From NCBI GenBank assembly GCA_963675595.2, contig CAXXLZ010000002.1, positions 64,001 to 128,000 of the forward strand: DNA of 64,000 nucleotides, in the 5' to 3' direction. The translations under genes and the position numbers were made by a program. A model generated the notes under the pieces. It was not told the DNA's origin. It searched no databases and was given only the letters and a program-made list of their open reading frames with translations. Below, piece by piece: positions 17,934 to 27,504 of the stretch. The stretch comes from Thermodesulfobacteriota bacterium (GTDB taxonomy: Bacteria > Desulfobacterota > Desulfarculia > JACQYL01). Positions within the stretch are counted from its first letter, which is position 1. Every line of letters begins with the position of its first letter.

Positions 17934-20537
17934 TTGAATGGTCAATCCCGACTGGAATCCAATCTGAAAGCACTCCGTCGCTCGTATCCGGAATTGGCGG
18001 ATCGCATCGAGGCGAGCCCCGACTTGCCTCCTGAAACCCTCTTCCTGACCTCCACGGGACATCCGAATCTTCGTTTTCCCATGGAAGACGGTCGCCTTTT
18101 CGCCCTTTATCCGGGTCCGGATCCCGAGTTCCACCTGCCCGATGCGGAAAAAAACGAGGTTCGCGGAGAAGATACGGCTACCTTGCTGCTGGGTTTCGGA
18201 CTAGGCTATCTCGCCTTGACACTCTACGAGAATTCCGACCCGAACCACCCGTTGATATTCGTGGAACCGGACCTCGCCGTGCTCAAGGCCGCCTTCACAT
18301 GGAATGATATGGGGCCTCTGGCGGCCTCACGCAAGACATACTGGGCGACAAACGAGGCCGAAGTGAATGTCGCCTTTGAGAGACTTCAAAACGACCTTGT
18401 GACGAAGGTTTTTGTCAGCTACAGGCCTCTCCACGCACCCCACGGAAAACCCGTGTTTGATGCTCTTTTGAGAAAGATTCGAAGTCTGACCTACCACGTC
18501 ACCGGTTCGGCCAAGTTTGTAGAGGAGAACGGCCTCCTCACCGCAACGAACAGCACTCTGAATTTGGCCCATCGAATTACCGGCCAAAGCGTGGGAAAGC
18601 TCTTCGACCGGTTCCACAAGGTCCCGGCCGTACTCATCGGCGGCGGCCCCAGCCTCGAAAAGAATCTCCACCATCTCCGTGGGTACGTGGACCGCGCCGT
18701 CGTCCTATGCGCCGACAGCGCCTTGCGCTTCACCTTGGCGATGGGGATCGAACCCCATTTTGTCACGAGCATAGATCCTTCGGCCCTCAACCTCAAGAAG
18801 TTCGTCGGAGTTCCGGTGCCTCCCCACACGACGTTGGTATGTCCGCCGGTGGTCAATCCAAAAATCCTGGACCGATTTCCAGGGCTCACACTTTTCCACC
18901 TCAGAGGGGATCAAGACCCTTTGTGGAGCGAAGCGCTTCAAGGCGACGAGCGTCAAATCAAGCCGGTGACCACAGTGGCCCTCCTTTCGCTTCACCTCGC
19001 GCTGGCTATGGGATGCGACCCGATCATCCTCGTGGGACAGGATCTATCCTTTCCGGACAACCGCACGCATGCGGCCGACTTCGATACGTGGACCATGGCC
19101 AACGTCTCTCCTCGTCAGCTGGTTACGGTACGAAATATGTGGGGACGCGAAGTCAAGACCACCACGCAGTTCTTGGGTTTCGCTCAAGCATTCGAATCCG
19201 AGATCGGAAGACATCGACGTGTCTTCGTCAACGCCACCGAGTACGGAATCCCTCTCAGGGGATTCTCCCCCATGAGGTTCAAGGATGCATTGAATGTTTT
19301 CTGTTCGAAAACCCAAGACGCCTTGAAGCAATATTGGTGGTTGGAATCGACGCAGGGCCTCGACCGCTCCTCAGCGCTGAAAGAACTGATCGGCTCAGTT
19401 GAGAACCATGTACGAGCTCTTAAGCAGATGGTCCGACTCGGCGGCAAAATTCCGCTGCGGCGTACCGGCGAGGCCTCCTTGAACACCAAGGCTCGAAAAG
19501 CCGTGGACCGGCTCTCCGCCGAAATCCTCAAGACGCCGGCGTCCTGGTTCCTTGTGGCAACCACTTCGGCGACCTTGCTCCGTTGGGCCTTACGGCACCC
19601 TCCTCGCGCCTTTGCCTCCCTTGTTACGCGGAACGCGGCCATGGCAATCGAATTCGCCGACAGACTTCTGAAGAACGGCCCCAGGCTTCTCGATGCTTTG
19701 GGGGTAACGCTGCAACGGCTGCGACTGCTCGAAGCTGCAGAGGAAAATTGGGAAAGAGGTGAATGGGACGGATTACGCAAGCAGGCGGCACTGTTGAGAA
19801 AGCAGGGACTCCTGGCCGTTTCTCAATCAGTATTGCAGCAGGTGGTCTCAGCCGCCGCCGACCCTCAGGCCGTAACGGCTCGCAGGGAAATCCTTCTTGA
19901 AATGGATCAATTTCCCTTGGTTGCGGCGGAAGCCCCGTTACACGAACCGGAGAACGAGACCGCGGACTCTCTTCGCCGGAGGGCTGCGGAGTTGGAAGGA
20001 GATTGGAGGCGATTCGCGGATTCGATCCGGCAAAAGTTCGGCGGAGAAGAAAGCGATCCGGAAAACAACCTGCTTGAAGGAGCCCGGTTCTATTTGAGGT
20101 CGGGGAGCCCGAAAAACGCTGGGGCGCTCCTCACGGAATATCTGAATCGGTATGGGGAGAATGATCTCACGCTTTCATTGAGAGCGGAACTTTACATGGC
20201 GGGAGGACGTTGGCCCGAAGCCGTCGGGTGTTTTCGCGAGGCCGAGGCTCGGCATCCTCTCAATCCCGAGAGCCGGCATCTTCTCGGAAAAGCCCTGATC
20301 GGGGGGGGGGCGTTCCAGGAAGCGGAAGCCCTGCTACGGGAAATGTGCGTATCCGAATCGGCCGAACCGTCGGTTTTCGGAAGTTTGGCGGGACTCTACT
20401 TGGCCACGTCGCGGCCTCAAGAGGCTCTCCGATTACTGGACAAGGCGAAAGAGCGCTTTCCGGACAGTCCTTCCATTGCCGAACTCCATCGCAGCGTATC
20501 AGCCGCGGCCGGCCCCGGCATGCATCCAAACGATTGA
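17934..20537 (+). CDS. Motility-associated factor (Maf/DUF115, MptE-like) flagellin glycosylation protein with C-terminal TPRs
   Basis: LGFGLGY, IGGGPSLEKN, CADSAL, GIEPHFVTSID, GCDPIILVGQDLSF, NATEYG; TPR-like C-terminus; TTG start assumed. Confidence 0.85.
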   Translation: MNGQSRLESNLKALRRSYPELADRIEASPDLPPETLFLTSTGHPNLRFPMEDGRLFALYPGPDPEFHLPDAEKNEVRGEDTATLLLGFGLGYLALTLYENSDPNHPLIFVEPDLAVLKAAFTWNDMGPLAASRKTYWATNEAEVNVAFERLQNDLVTKVFVSYRPLHAPHGKPVFDALLRKIRSLTYHVTGSAKFVEENGLLTATNSTLNLAHRITGQSVGKLFDRFHKVPAVLIGGGPSLEKNLHHLRGYVDRAVVLCADSALRFTLAMGIEPHFVTSIDPSALNLKKFVGVPVPPHTTLVCPPVVNPKILDRFPGLTLFHLRGDQDPLWSEALQGDERQIKPVTTVALLSLHLALAMGCDPIILVGQDLSFPDNRTHAADFDTWTMANVSPRQLVTVRNMWGREVKTTTQFLGFAQAFESEIGRHRRVFVNATEYGIPLRGFSPMRFKDALNVFCSKTQDALKQYWWLESTQGLDRSSALKELIGSVENHVRALKQMVRLGGKIPLRRTGEASLNTKARKAVDRLSAEILKTPASWFLVATTSATLLRWALRHPPRAFASLVTRNAAMAIEFADRLLKNGPRLLDALGVTLQRLRLLEAAEENWERGEWDGLRKQAALLRKQGLLAVSQSVLQQVVSAAADPQAVTARREILLEMDQFPLVAAEAPLHEPENETADSLRRRAAELEGDWRRFADSIRQKFGGEESDPENNLLEGARFYLRSGSPKNAGALLTEYLNRYGENDLTLSLRAELYMAGGRWPEAVGCFREAEARHPLNPESRHLLGKALIGGGAFQEAEALLREMCVSESAEPSVFGSLAGLYLATSRPQEALRLLDKAKERFPDSPSIAELHRSVSAAAGPGMHPND

Positions 20538-20549
20538 TCCGAAAGAAAA

Positions 20550-20568
20550 GCCGGGGCGAACCCCGGCG
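20550..20568. terminator. Hairpin between convergent maf-like gene and flgE
   Basis: gccgggg-cgaa-ccccggc with A-rich left flank. Confidence 0.6.
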
Positions 20569-20607
20569 TGAATCTCGGTATATTCCCGCGAACGGAAACG
20601 GTCCCGT

Positions 20608-22113
20608 TTATCGCTTGATGCTCATGAGGTCCGAAAGCATGGAGTCGGACGTGCTGACCACCTTGGTATTGGCCGTGTAGGCTCGTTGCACCGTAATCAG
20701 TTTGACGAATTCGGTACCTATGTCCACATTGGAAAGCTCGAGGGAATAGGAAAGAACGCTGGAACGCCCCGTTCCCGCGACATTGTGGATCGCTTGACCC
20801 GAGGCTCTGGACTCCTCGAACCTGGTGTCCCCTACCTTGGTCAGGCCGTGGGCGTTTCGGAAATAGCCCAGCACCAATTGTCCCACTTCCCGCACTTCTC
20901 CGTTCGTAAAGCTTCCAGTAACGATGCCCTCCTCCGTGACATTTAGGCTCTGAAGCTCCCCGGCACCGTGACCGTCTTGTTCCACGTCACGCGTCACTGA
21001 GGCGGAGGCGTATTGGGTGATCCGACTCATGTTCGTGGTTACCGTTTGTGCCGTGGCCGCCCCGGTGGAAAGATGAAGATCCACAGTGACGTTTCCCGAT
21101 GCGGGAGAGGCCAAAGCGCCCACCGAAGAAAAAGTCACGTTGAACGGATATCCGGTGTTGGCATAGTAATCGTAGTCTACTTGCCAGCCACCGCCGCCCG
21201 GAGGCGTAGACCCGAAAGTCAACGACATCACCCCGTTTTCGTCGGTTTCCACAAGTACTTGGCCGGCCACGGGAGTTCCCGAGTAGATGGGCGACAAGTT
21301 CACCGTGCCTCCGGCGTCACTGAAAACCAGCGTGCCGACGTCCACATTGGCATTGGCCAGCGTATAGGGACCGGATCCGGACCCCAGCGCCTCGCCGGCC
21401 ACGGCCGTCGAAACGGCTCCGGGCGCGGTGGCGATTCCATACTGGACCGGAATGCTGGGCACGCACGACCAAGTATTGACCCCTATCTTTGTATAGGTAT
21501 AGGAAAGGGGAATGTCTCGGCCCTGAGAGTCCCAGGTGGTGACGGTGGCGGTGTATTGGCCCGACTCGGTCTCGGGATCGTTCGGAACATAGACCGGAGC
21601 TTCCGCGTTCAGATTCAGAACGAGAGAGCTTTCCGTGGTTGCCTCCGCAGCCCCCAGGACCACCGTGTCCACCCTAAGGTCCACCTGCTCCGTGTAATCG
21701 ATGACCCCGCCGTTGTCCAGGCCGAAGCCCCTCACACGAAGGCCGTCGGTGGTAATCAGGTAGCCTTCCTTATCCAAAATGAACTGTCCGTTACGGCTGT
21801 AATAAAGCGTGTCGTCTCCGACCTCCCGGGTCACGAAAAAACCCGCACCATCGATGGAGAGGTCGGTCGAGTTCTCGGTATACTCGAGAGAACCCTGTAC
21901 ATAGTCCACTTTCACACTTCCCATGAACACGCCGCGCCCGACCTGTATATTCGCAGCTCCTCCCTGGAAATTCGAGCTCAAGATATCGAAGAAGGTCGTA
22001 CTGCTTCTCTGAAAACCGACCGTGTTCGCGTTGGCGATGTTGTTACTGATCACACTCATGGAATTGGAGTTCGCGTTTAGTCCGGTGATGCCGGTATATA
22101 ATGCGCCGAGCAT
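20608..22113 (-). CDS. flgE: Flagellar hook protein FlgE
   Basis: SNNIANANTVGF, DLSIDGAGFF, LELSNVDIGTEF, QRAYTAN. Confidence 0.96.
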   Translation of the reverse strand: MLGALYTGITGLNANSNSMSVISNNIANANTVGFQRSSTTFFDILSSNFQGGAANIQVGRGVFMGSVKVDYVQGSLEYTENSTDLSIDGAGFFVTREVGDDTLYYSRNGQFILDKEGYLITTDGLRVRGFGLDNGGVIDYTEQVDLRVDTVVLGAAEATTESSLVLNLNAEAPVYVPNDPETESGQYTATVTTWDSQGRDIPLSYTYTKIGVNTWSCVPSIPVQYGIATAPGAVSTAVAGEALGSGSGPYTLANANVDVGTLVFSDAGGTVNLSPIYSGTPVAGQVLVETDENGVMSLTFGSTPPGGGGWQVDYDYYANTGYPFNVTFSSVGALASPASGNVTVDLHLSTGAATAQTVTTNMSRITQYASASVTRDVEQDGHGAGELQSLNVTEEGIVTGSFTNGEVREVGQLVLGYFRNAHGLTKVGDTRFEESRASGQAIHNVAGTGRSSVLSYSLELSNVDIGTEFVKLITVQRAYTANTKVVSTSDSMLSDLMSIKR

Positions 22114-22251
22114 GGTTGTTCCTCCAAAATCGTCCGCCCATGGGCACCGAATTCCGGCTCACCGGAATCCATAAATCATGAGGTAGGATCGGCCCTTACC
22201 GCAAAGGCGGGCGAGGTTGATCGTTGACTTCGAAGAGTCCCCGACAGGGAT

Positions 22252-22506
22252 TCACCGAAGGCGTCCGGCCGCAGCTGTCTCCGAGCACTAGCCGAAGTTG
22301 GGTTGCTCAGTACCCGAACCGCAGGGTACTCCCAAACGGATGTTGGACGCTCCCCCCAACAAACAGGTCGTCCATGACCCCCGGAAGGCTCGTTCCGTTC
22401 CCGACCCCGCTTTGGCACACGGCCGGGTCGCGTAAGAAACTCCGCCGTTAAGTTCGTTCGAACACGTTCTTAATCCGGAAATCCCGGTTCCCAAGGTACC
22501 CAACAT
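22252..22506 (-). pseudogene. Degenerate remnant of a second flgE N-terminus
   Basis: SD-preceded MLGTLGTGISGLRTCSNEL...GGASNIRLG aligns by eye to FlgE MLGALYTGITGLNANSNSM...GGAANIQVG; TAG at 22288-22290, TGA at 22252-22254. Confidence 0.6.
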
Positions 22507-22525
22507 AATAGTGCTCCTACTGTTT

Positions 22526-23134
22526 TCAGCTAATGGATCCAACTTCCGAGAGTGTGATCTTTTGTCCGTTCACTTCCAAATAGGTGGCGCCGTCCTCAAA
22601 CGTTACTCCCGTGACTTCGCCCTTCTGGTAAGTGGCCGTTGATACCGAGTTTCCATCCGAGTCTTTGGCCGTTACGTTGAAGGTGTATTTTCCTTCCGGA
22701 GCCGTGGTTCCGGACAACGTCATACCGTCCCATGTTACGGACTGCTTCCCGGACGAAAGATCGTAGTATTCCAGTTCCTGCACGACCTCTCCCTCCTCGT
22801 CGAGAATCTGGACCGTCACTTGGGCCGCGTCATCCTCCAAGGCATAGGTGAGAGTTTCTCCGGAACCTTCTTCGGTCAGGTAGAATTCGTCTCCCTGAGA
22901 AGTCACTTCCTTGCCGATCAACCCCACGGCGAGCGTGCTGATGGTGGATGATTGGTAGGTAATCATTTGCTCCATGGACGAGTTCATGCTGTCGAGCTCT
23001 TCCACCGTGGTAAACATGGCCAACTGCTGCGTAAAATCTTCGTTGCTCACCGGCTCCAACGGGTTCTGATTCTGAATCTGAGCCAGGAACAGTGTCATGA
23101 ATTCTTCTTTGCCAAAACTTGTATCAATGTCCAT
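22526..23134 (-). CDS. flgD: Hook capping protein FlgD
   Basis: FMTLFLAQIQNQNPLEP, QQLAMF, WDG, GKYTF. Confidence 0.95.
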   Translation of the reverse strand: MDIDTSFGKEEFMTLFLAQIQNQNPLEPVSNEDFTQQLAMFTTVEELDSMNSSMEQMITYQSSTISTLAVGLIGKEVTSQGDEFYLTEEGSGETLTYALEDDAAQVTVQILDEEGEVVQELEYYDLSSGKQSVTWDGMTLSGTTAPEGKYTFNVTAKDSDGNSVSTATYQKGEVTGVTFEDGATYLEVNGQKITLSEVGSIS

Positions 23135-23145
23135 AGGGCCTCCCG

Positions 23146-24714
23146 TTAAGCTCTCACATAAATGGAATGTTCGCCCTGTCCCTGGCGGAATTTATTGAGG
23201 ACTCCCGCTTCAACCGAGCTCTCCGTCGACGAGCTTGCCACCCGCGGCGTTCTCGATCGAGAGCCGCTCTTGCTTCCGGATTCTTCTTTTCCCTGAGAGT
23301 TCTCTTGCTTCAGAAAGACGTCGGCTTGACCGCCGCCCATACCCGCATCCGACAAAGAATGTTTCAGCATATTCATGCCCGACTCGAGTGCTTCCCTGAC
23401 CAGAGGAGTGGACGCCGTGAAAACCGCTTTCACGTGATCTCCACGCACGATCACCTCCACGTCCACGGACCCCAGTTGAGGTGGATTGAGGTTGAGAGTG
23501 GCTTTTTGCGTACCGGTCCAGGTAACCTTGGTTACCATTTCCTCCAATTGCGTCTGGACTTGGCGCACGACCTCAGCGTTGGTGAGAGTCACGTTGTTGG
23601 ATCGCAAGGGCGTTGTTGCACGCGCATCGGCACTTTTTTCCGCGGCCGTCTGGGTCTGTTCCTCCACCTGCGAACCCAGGACTCGCTCGTCGGCCGACTT
23701 TGCACCGGATTCCACGCCCTCCACAGCTGAGTGGCGACCTTTCACGGACGTATCCGTTGATGATTCCTTGGTTCCATCGAAAAGCTTCTTCTCCAAGCCT
23801 TCATGCAGTTCCGAACGCAAAACCGCAGACTTGTCGGGTGCATCGGAATCCATCGATTCGGCCAAGGCATCGGAAGCGGAATTGAGGACTCGAGCCTCCT
23901 GCGAAGCACCGGAAAAGGATGAAACGCCGATCGATTTGTCTCCCCCGACCAACTTCTTACCCGTCTCCTGGACAACGACACCGACTTTGCTTTCGCTCCG
24001 TTTCGACTTGTCGACGATCTTCCCCTCTTCCAGGCTTTGAGGCGCACTTGTAGCCCCTATCGCCTCACTTGCCGTGGCCTGTGCGACGTTCGACGTTGTC
24101 TTGGCGGCCTCGAGTCCTTTGGCACCGACGCCCACGGCCTTACTGGAAGAGCCGTCGGTGTATTTCTGAAACAAGTTCTTCCCTTTCAGGTTCACCAGAC
24201 CCGTTTGGGTCTGTTTGCCTCCAAGAGGAACCGATTCGTCGGCGCCTCCCGTCTGGAAGCCGCTCATCATTCCGATAAGCTCACTCCCGAGCGACCGGAC
24301 ATTTTTGCCGATCGATCCGCTGGTCGGGTCCGTTGTCACCCCTTTAAGCGTTTCTCGACTCGAGGCCGACGCATTTTCCGCTTTGCCGGTTGCTCCTTGT
24401 GAGCCTGAAGCGGTGGTTGAACCGTCTTTGGTCTTCGTATTCGGTTCCGATTGACTGGAATGACTCTGCTCGGACCTGACGGATTTTTCATCCGAGACCG
24501 AAGACTTCGTGCGAGAGGAGTCCGACTTGGCCGAGGAGTCCGTGTTTCGAACGTGCGTGTTGGAGGCGACCGGTATGTTCGCAGCGGCTTCGATCGAACT
24601 CAGAACGGCGGCGAAATCCTCGCCCTCAACCGAGCCGGATCCGCCGGACGAACTATAGCCGCCCGAGACTGCTTCCGGTACTGCACTGCTGATTGTCTGT
24701 ATGAGATCTTGAAT
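23146..24714 (-). CDS. fliK: Hook-length control protein FliK (probable ATT start, 522 aa)
   Basis: C-terminal LNLNPPQLGSVDV domain; Ser/Thr/Glu-rich frame stays open 125 codons upstream of the called GTG (24339) to an ATT 8 nt after GGAGGT. Confidence 0.85.
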   Translation of the reverse strand: MQDLIQTISSAVPEAVSGGYSSSGGSGSVEGEDFAAVLSSIEAAANIPVASNTHVRNTDSSAKSDSSRTKSSVSDEKSVRSEQSHSSQSEPNTKTKDGSTTASGSQGATGKAENASASSRETLKGVTTDPTSGSIGKNVRSLGSELIGMMSGFQTGGADESVPLGGKQTQTGLVNLKGKNLFQKYTDGSSSKAVGVGAKGLEAAKTTSNVAQATASEAIGATSAPQSLEEGKIVDKSKRSESKVGVVVQETGKKLVGGDKSIGVSSFSGASQEARVLNSASDALAESMDSDAPDKSAVLRSELHEGLEKKLFDGTKESSTDTSVKGRHSAVEGVESGAKSADERVLGSQVEEQTQTAAEKSADARATTPLRSNNVTLTNAEVVRQVQTQLEEMVTKVTWTGTQKATLNLNPPQLGSVDVEVIVRGDHVKAVFTASTPLVREALESGMNMLKHSLSDAGMGGGQADVFLKQENSQGKEESGSKSGSRSRTPRVASSSTESSVEAGVLNKFRQGQGEHSIYVRA

Positions 24715-24752
24715 GGCTGATCACCTCCCCCAATGATGCTGAACCTCAGTAA

Positions 24753-24769
24753 AGCAAGGGACGTGCCGA
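24753..24769 (-). promoter_or_regulatory. sigma54 promoter for fliK-flgD-flgE
   Basis: Minus strand TCGGCAC-GTCCC-TTGCT. Confidence 0.75.
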
Positions 24770-24999
24770 TGTTGCCCTGAAAAAAACTCGCTGCAATCAC
24801 GGTATGTTAGGAGAGGGAACTTGGGATAGGAAGCCTCAGATGGGCAGTTTTTTACCTGCTACTGAGGCAGTGGAGCAAAAAATTCCATCGGTGGTTCCGG
24901 AATGCCGGGAAGACGGCGGTGGAGGCCCCATTTGTCGATTCGAACGCCTGAGGCCTTTGCCGGGTGGTATTCGTGCGTGGGGGAAAAGGTTATAGTCTG

Positions 25000-25608
25000 T
25001 TATTCCTTGAGCTTGATCAGTTCCTTGCTGATCGCTTCGCCCCGGTCGGGTTTCACATAACCCCAAATCCTGCCCGCTTTCCTCGGGTTCATGCGAATCA
25101 GGAGCTTGGCGGCCATGGAAGGGGAAAGAGCGGAAATCATGGGGCCCGCCTTTTCAGGGGTGGTTTCCTCGTAAACCTTGGCCAGACGATTCAGAGTTTC
25201 CTCTTCCGCCTCGTTCTTCTTCCGAATCGTCTCGTCGACTTGGGCTTTGAGCTGTTTCAACTCGCCCAGCGTAGCGCTCAACCGGCTTTTGACCTCCTCG
25301 AGCCGCTTTCGTTCTTCCTCGGATCGCGCCGTGGCGTGATCGGCATTCTTCTCCCGTTCCCTAAGCTGCTCAAAGCGTCTTTCCTGAATCGACTTAAGGA
25401 ATTCATCGACTGCCGGAGACGGCCCCTGCATTCCCTGTCCCGGGGCAGGTTCCTCGTCCTGCGCCTGCGCGGTGGAGGAGAACTCCATTGGGCTTCGAGG
25501 AAATTCGGCCCCCAAATCCACCGCCACAACGACAAGCAGAATGATCTTCAAGCCGAGCAGGCCCAATACTCCCCGGACGAAGAGGCTACTCCCTCTCCGC
25601 CTTCGCAT
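25000..25608 (-). CDS. MotE/FlbB-like (MgtE N-terminal-like) flagellar protein
   Basis: TM helix, coiled coil, LAKVYEETTPEKAG...MNPRKAGRI; follows fliJ; start set at ATG 25608. Confidence 0.75.
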   Translation of the reverse strand: MRRRRGSSLFVRGVLGLLGLKIILLVVVAVDLGAEFPRSPMEFSSTAQAQDEEPAPGQGMQGPSPAVDEFLKSIQERRFEQLREREKNADHATARSEEERKRLEEVKSRLSATLGELKQLKAQVDETIRKKNEAEEETLNRLAKVYEETTPEKAGPMISALSPSMAAKLLIRMNPRKAGRIWGYVKPDRGEAISKELIKLKE

Positions 25609-26029
25609 CGAAGTATCTCCGGACGGCAATTTCATCCAGGAACGCCATCTCTTTCCGGGCCGACTCGGTCTGGTATCTCTTCCATTCCTTTTCACGGAGC
25701 CTCTCCATCGCCTGTTCATTCTTTTTGGCTTCCAGAAGCTCGACAATTTTTTCCTCGACTCTATCTTCCAGCTCGAGGACTTCTTCTTCCGCCTCACGAA
25801 TCTTCTCGGCGAGCCCATCGACGAAACGATGGTATATTTTGATTTCGTCGATGTTCAGGTCGAGCCGGGACCGGAATTCCTCAACGCACTGTCGCCTTCT
25901 GTCCGCTAGTTGTTCCCGGAATTCCCTGGCCGCATCGAGAAGGCCTCTCAAGTCGCTCAACTCCACTTCGATCCGGTCTCTGACTTGTCGTCGAATGTCC
26001 AGTATACGCTGGAGCTTGAATCGGAACAC
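25586..26029 (-). CDS. fliJ: Flagellar export protein FliJ
   Basis: FRFKLQRILDIR N-terminus, EMAFLDEIA C-terminus. Confidence 0.92.
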   Translation of the reverse strand: MFRFKLQRILDIRRQVRDRIEVELSDLRGLLDAAREFREQLADRRRQCVEEFRSRLDLNIDEIKIYHRFVDGLAEKIREAEEEVLELEDRVEEKIVELLEAKKNEQAMERLREKEWKRYQTESARKEMAFLDEIAVRRYFDAKAERE

Positions 26030-26139
26030 CGTCTATCTCCCGAATGTTGCGCGCACGCATCCCGACAGGCCCCGCCGGCAACTTCCGCAACCCCGCAAAC
26101 ATCCGAAAGAGGCGAAAAACGCCTTGTTCATCGAAGGGT

Positions 26140-27504
26140 TCACTTACCTTTGCCTTTCTTAGGCGGTGGCGGCTTACGGACCGGAGGCGGGTACAACTGC
26201 TGCAGCCGGGCGACCGTTTCCGGCATCGTCGAACGCTCCTGGGTCCCTTGCCTCAAGAAATCGTTGACCGGGTCGATCATACGAATCGCCTGATCGATCT
26301 GAGGATTGCTTCCCGCCGCGTAAGCGCCGATATTGATTAAGTCCTCGGAACGACGATAGGTAGCCACCGTTCGTATCAGATTTCGGGCGCTCTCCACGTG
26401 TTCGGGCGGCACTACATCGGACATGCAACGGCTGACACTGGATAGGATGTCGATGCTCGGATAATGATTCTGGGCGGCCAAGTCCCTGGTCAGCATGATA
26501 TGCCCATCGAGTATGGCCCGGGCAGCGTCGGAAATGGGTTCGTTGAAATCGTCGCCCTCAACGAGCACGGTATAGATTCCGGTGATGCTTCCGGCATCGC
26601 TTTTCGATCCCGCACGTTCCAGCAGTTTGGGCAGCAGCGTGAACACGCTCGGCGTGTAGCCTCTGGTGGTGGGCGGCTCTCCGACCGACAGCCCCACCTC
26701 CCTCTGCGCCATGGCGAATCGGGTCAGGGAATCCATCATCAAAATGACATGCTTACCGCGATCTCTGAAGTATTCCGCGACCGCGGTGGCCACATAAGCC
26801 CCTCGCATTCTTATCAAAGGCGGTTGGTCGGAAGTCGCCACGACTACGACCGAGCGTTTCAATCCCTCCGTACCCAGATCCTTTTCGATGAACTCCCGCA
26901 CTTCACGTCCTCGTTCCCCGATGAGTGCGATAACACTGATGTCGGCACTGGTATTCCTGGCGATCATGCCCAGAAGGGTGCTCTTGCCCACACCGCTCCC
27001 GGCGAATATTCCGATACGCTGTCCCTTACCCAACGTCAGCAATCCGTTGATCGCCCTGATCCCGACGTCCATGGGCTCCGTTATGCGAGCACGTGCCAAG
27101 GGATTGATGGGCTCCGCATAGAGCGGGTATGTGGCATCGGAGTAAATCGCAGCGCCGCCGTCCATCGGAATTCCGCGCCCGTCCAGAACCCGACCCGTCA
27201 AATCGTCGCAAACGGGAATGGCGGCCGACTCCCCCAAAGCCACGATGTGGCTTCCCGGGCCCACTCCCTGAGTATCGCCCAAAGGCATGAGTAGGACCCT
27301 GTTGTCGCGAAAGCCGACGACCTCCGCGGTAAAGGCTTCGCGTCTCGGATCCTTGGGGAACACTTTGCAGATGCTTCCGATATGGGACCCGGGTCCGTGC
27401 CCCTCGATGATCAGACCCACCAGTCGAGTCACCTTGCCGTTCACCGTTATGGGATCGACCTGCTCAACGCATTCCAGATAGCTGCTCAGATCAACCCGTG
27501 GCAT
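26140..27504 (-). CDS. fliI: Flagellar export ATPase FliI
   Basis: FAGSGVGKSTLLGM, IGERGREV, MDSLTRFAMAQREVG. Confidence 0.98.
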   Translation of the reverse strand: MPRVDLSSYLECVEQVDPITVNGKVTRLVGLIIEGHGPGSHIGSICKVFPKDPRREAFTAEVVGFRDNRVLLMPLGDTQGVGPGSHIVALGESAAIPVCDDLTGRVLDGRGIPMDGGAAIYSDATYPLYAEPINPLARARITEPMDVGIRAINGLLTLGKGQRIGIFAGSGVGKSTLLGMIARNTSADISVIALIGERGREVREFIEKDLGTEGLKRSVVVVATSDQPPLIRMRGAYVATAVAEYFRDRGKHVILMMDSLTRFAMAQREVGLSVGEPPTTRGYTPSVFTLLPKLLERAGSKSDAGSITGIYTVLVEGDDFNEPISDAARAILDGHIMLTRDLAAQNHYPSIDILSSVSRCMSDVVPPEHVESARNLIRTVATYRRSEDLINIGAYAAGSNPQIDQAIRMIDPVNDFLRQGTQERSTMPETVARLQQLYPPPVRKPPPPKKGKGK

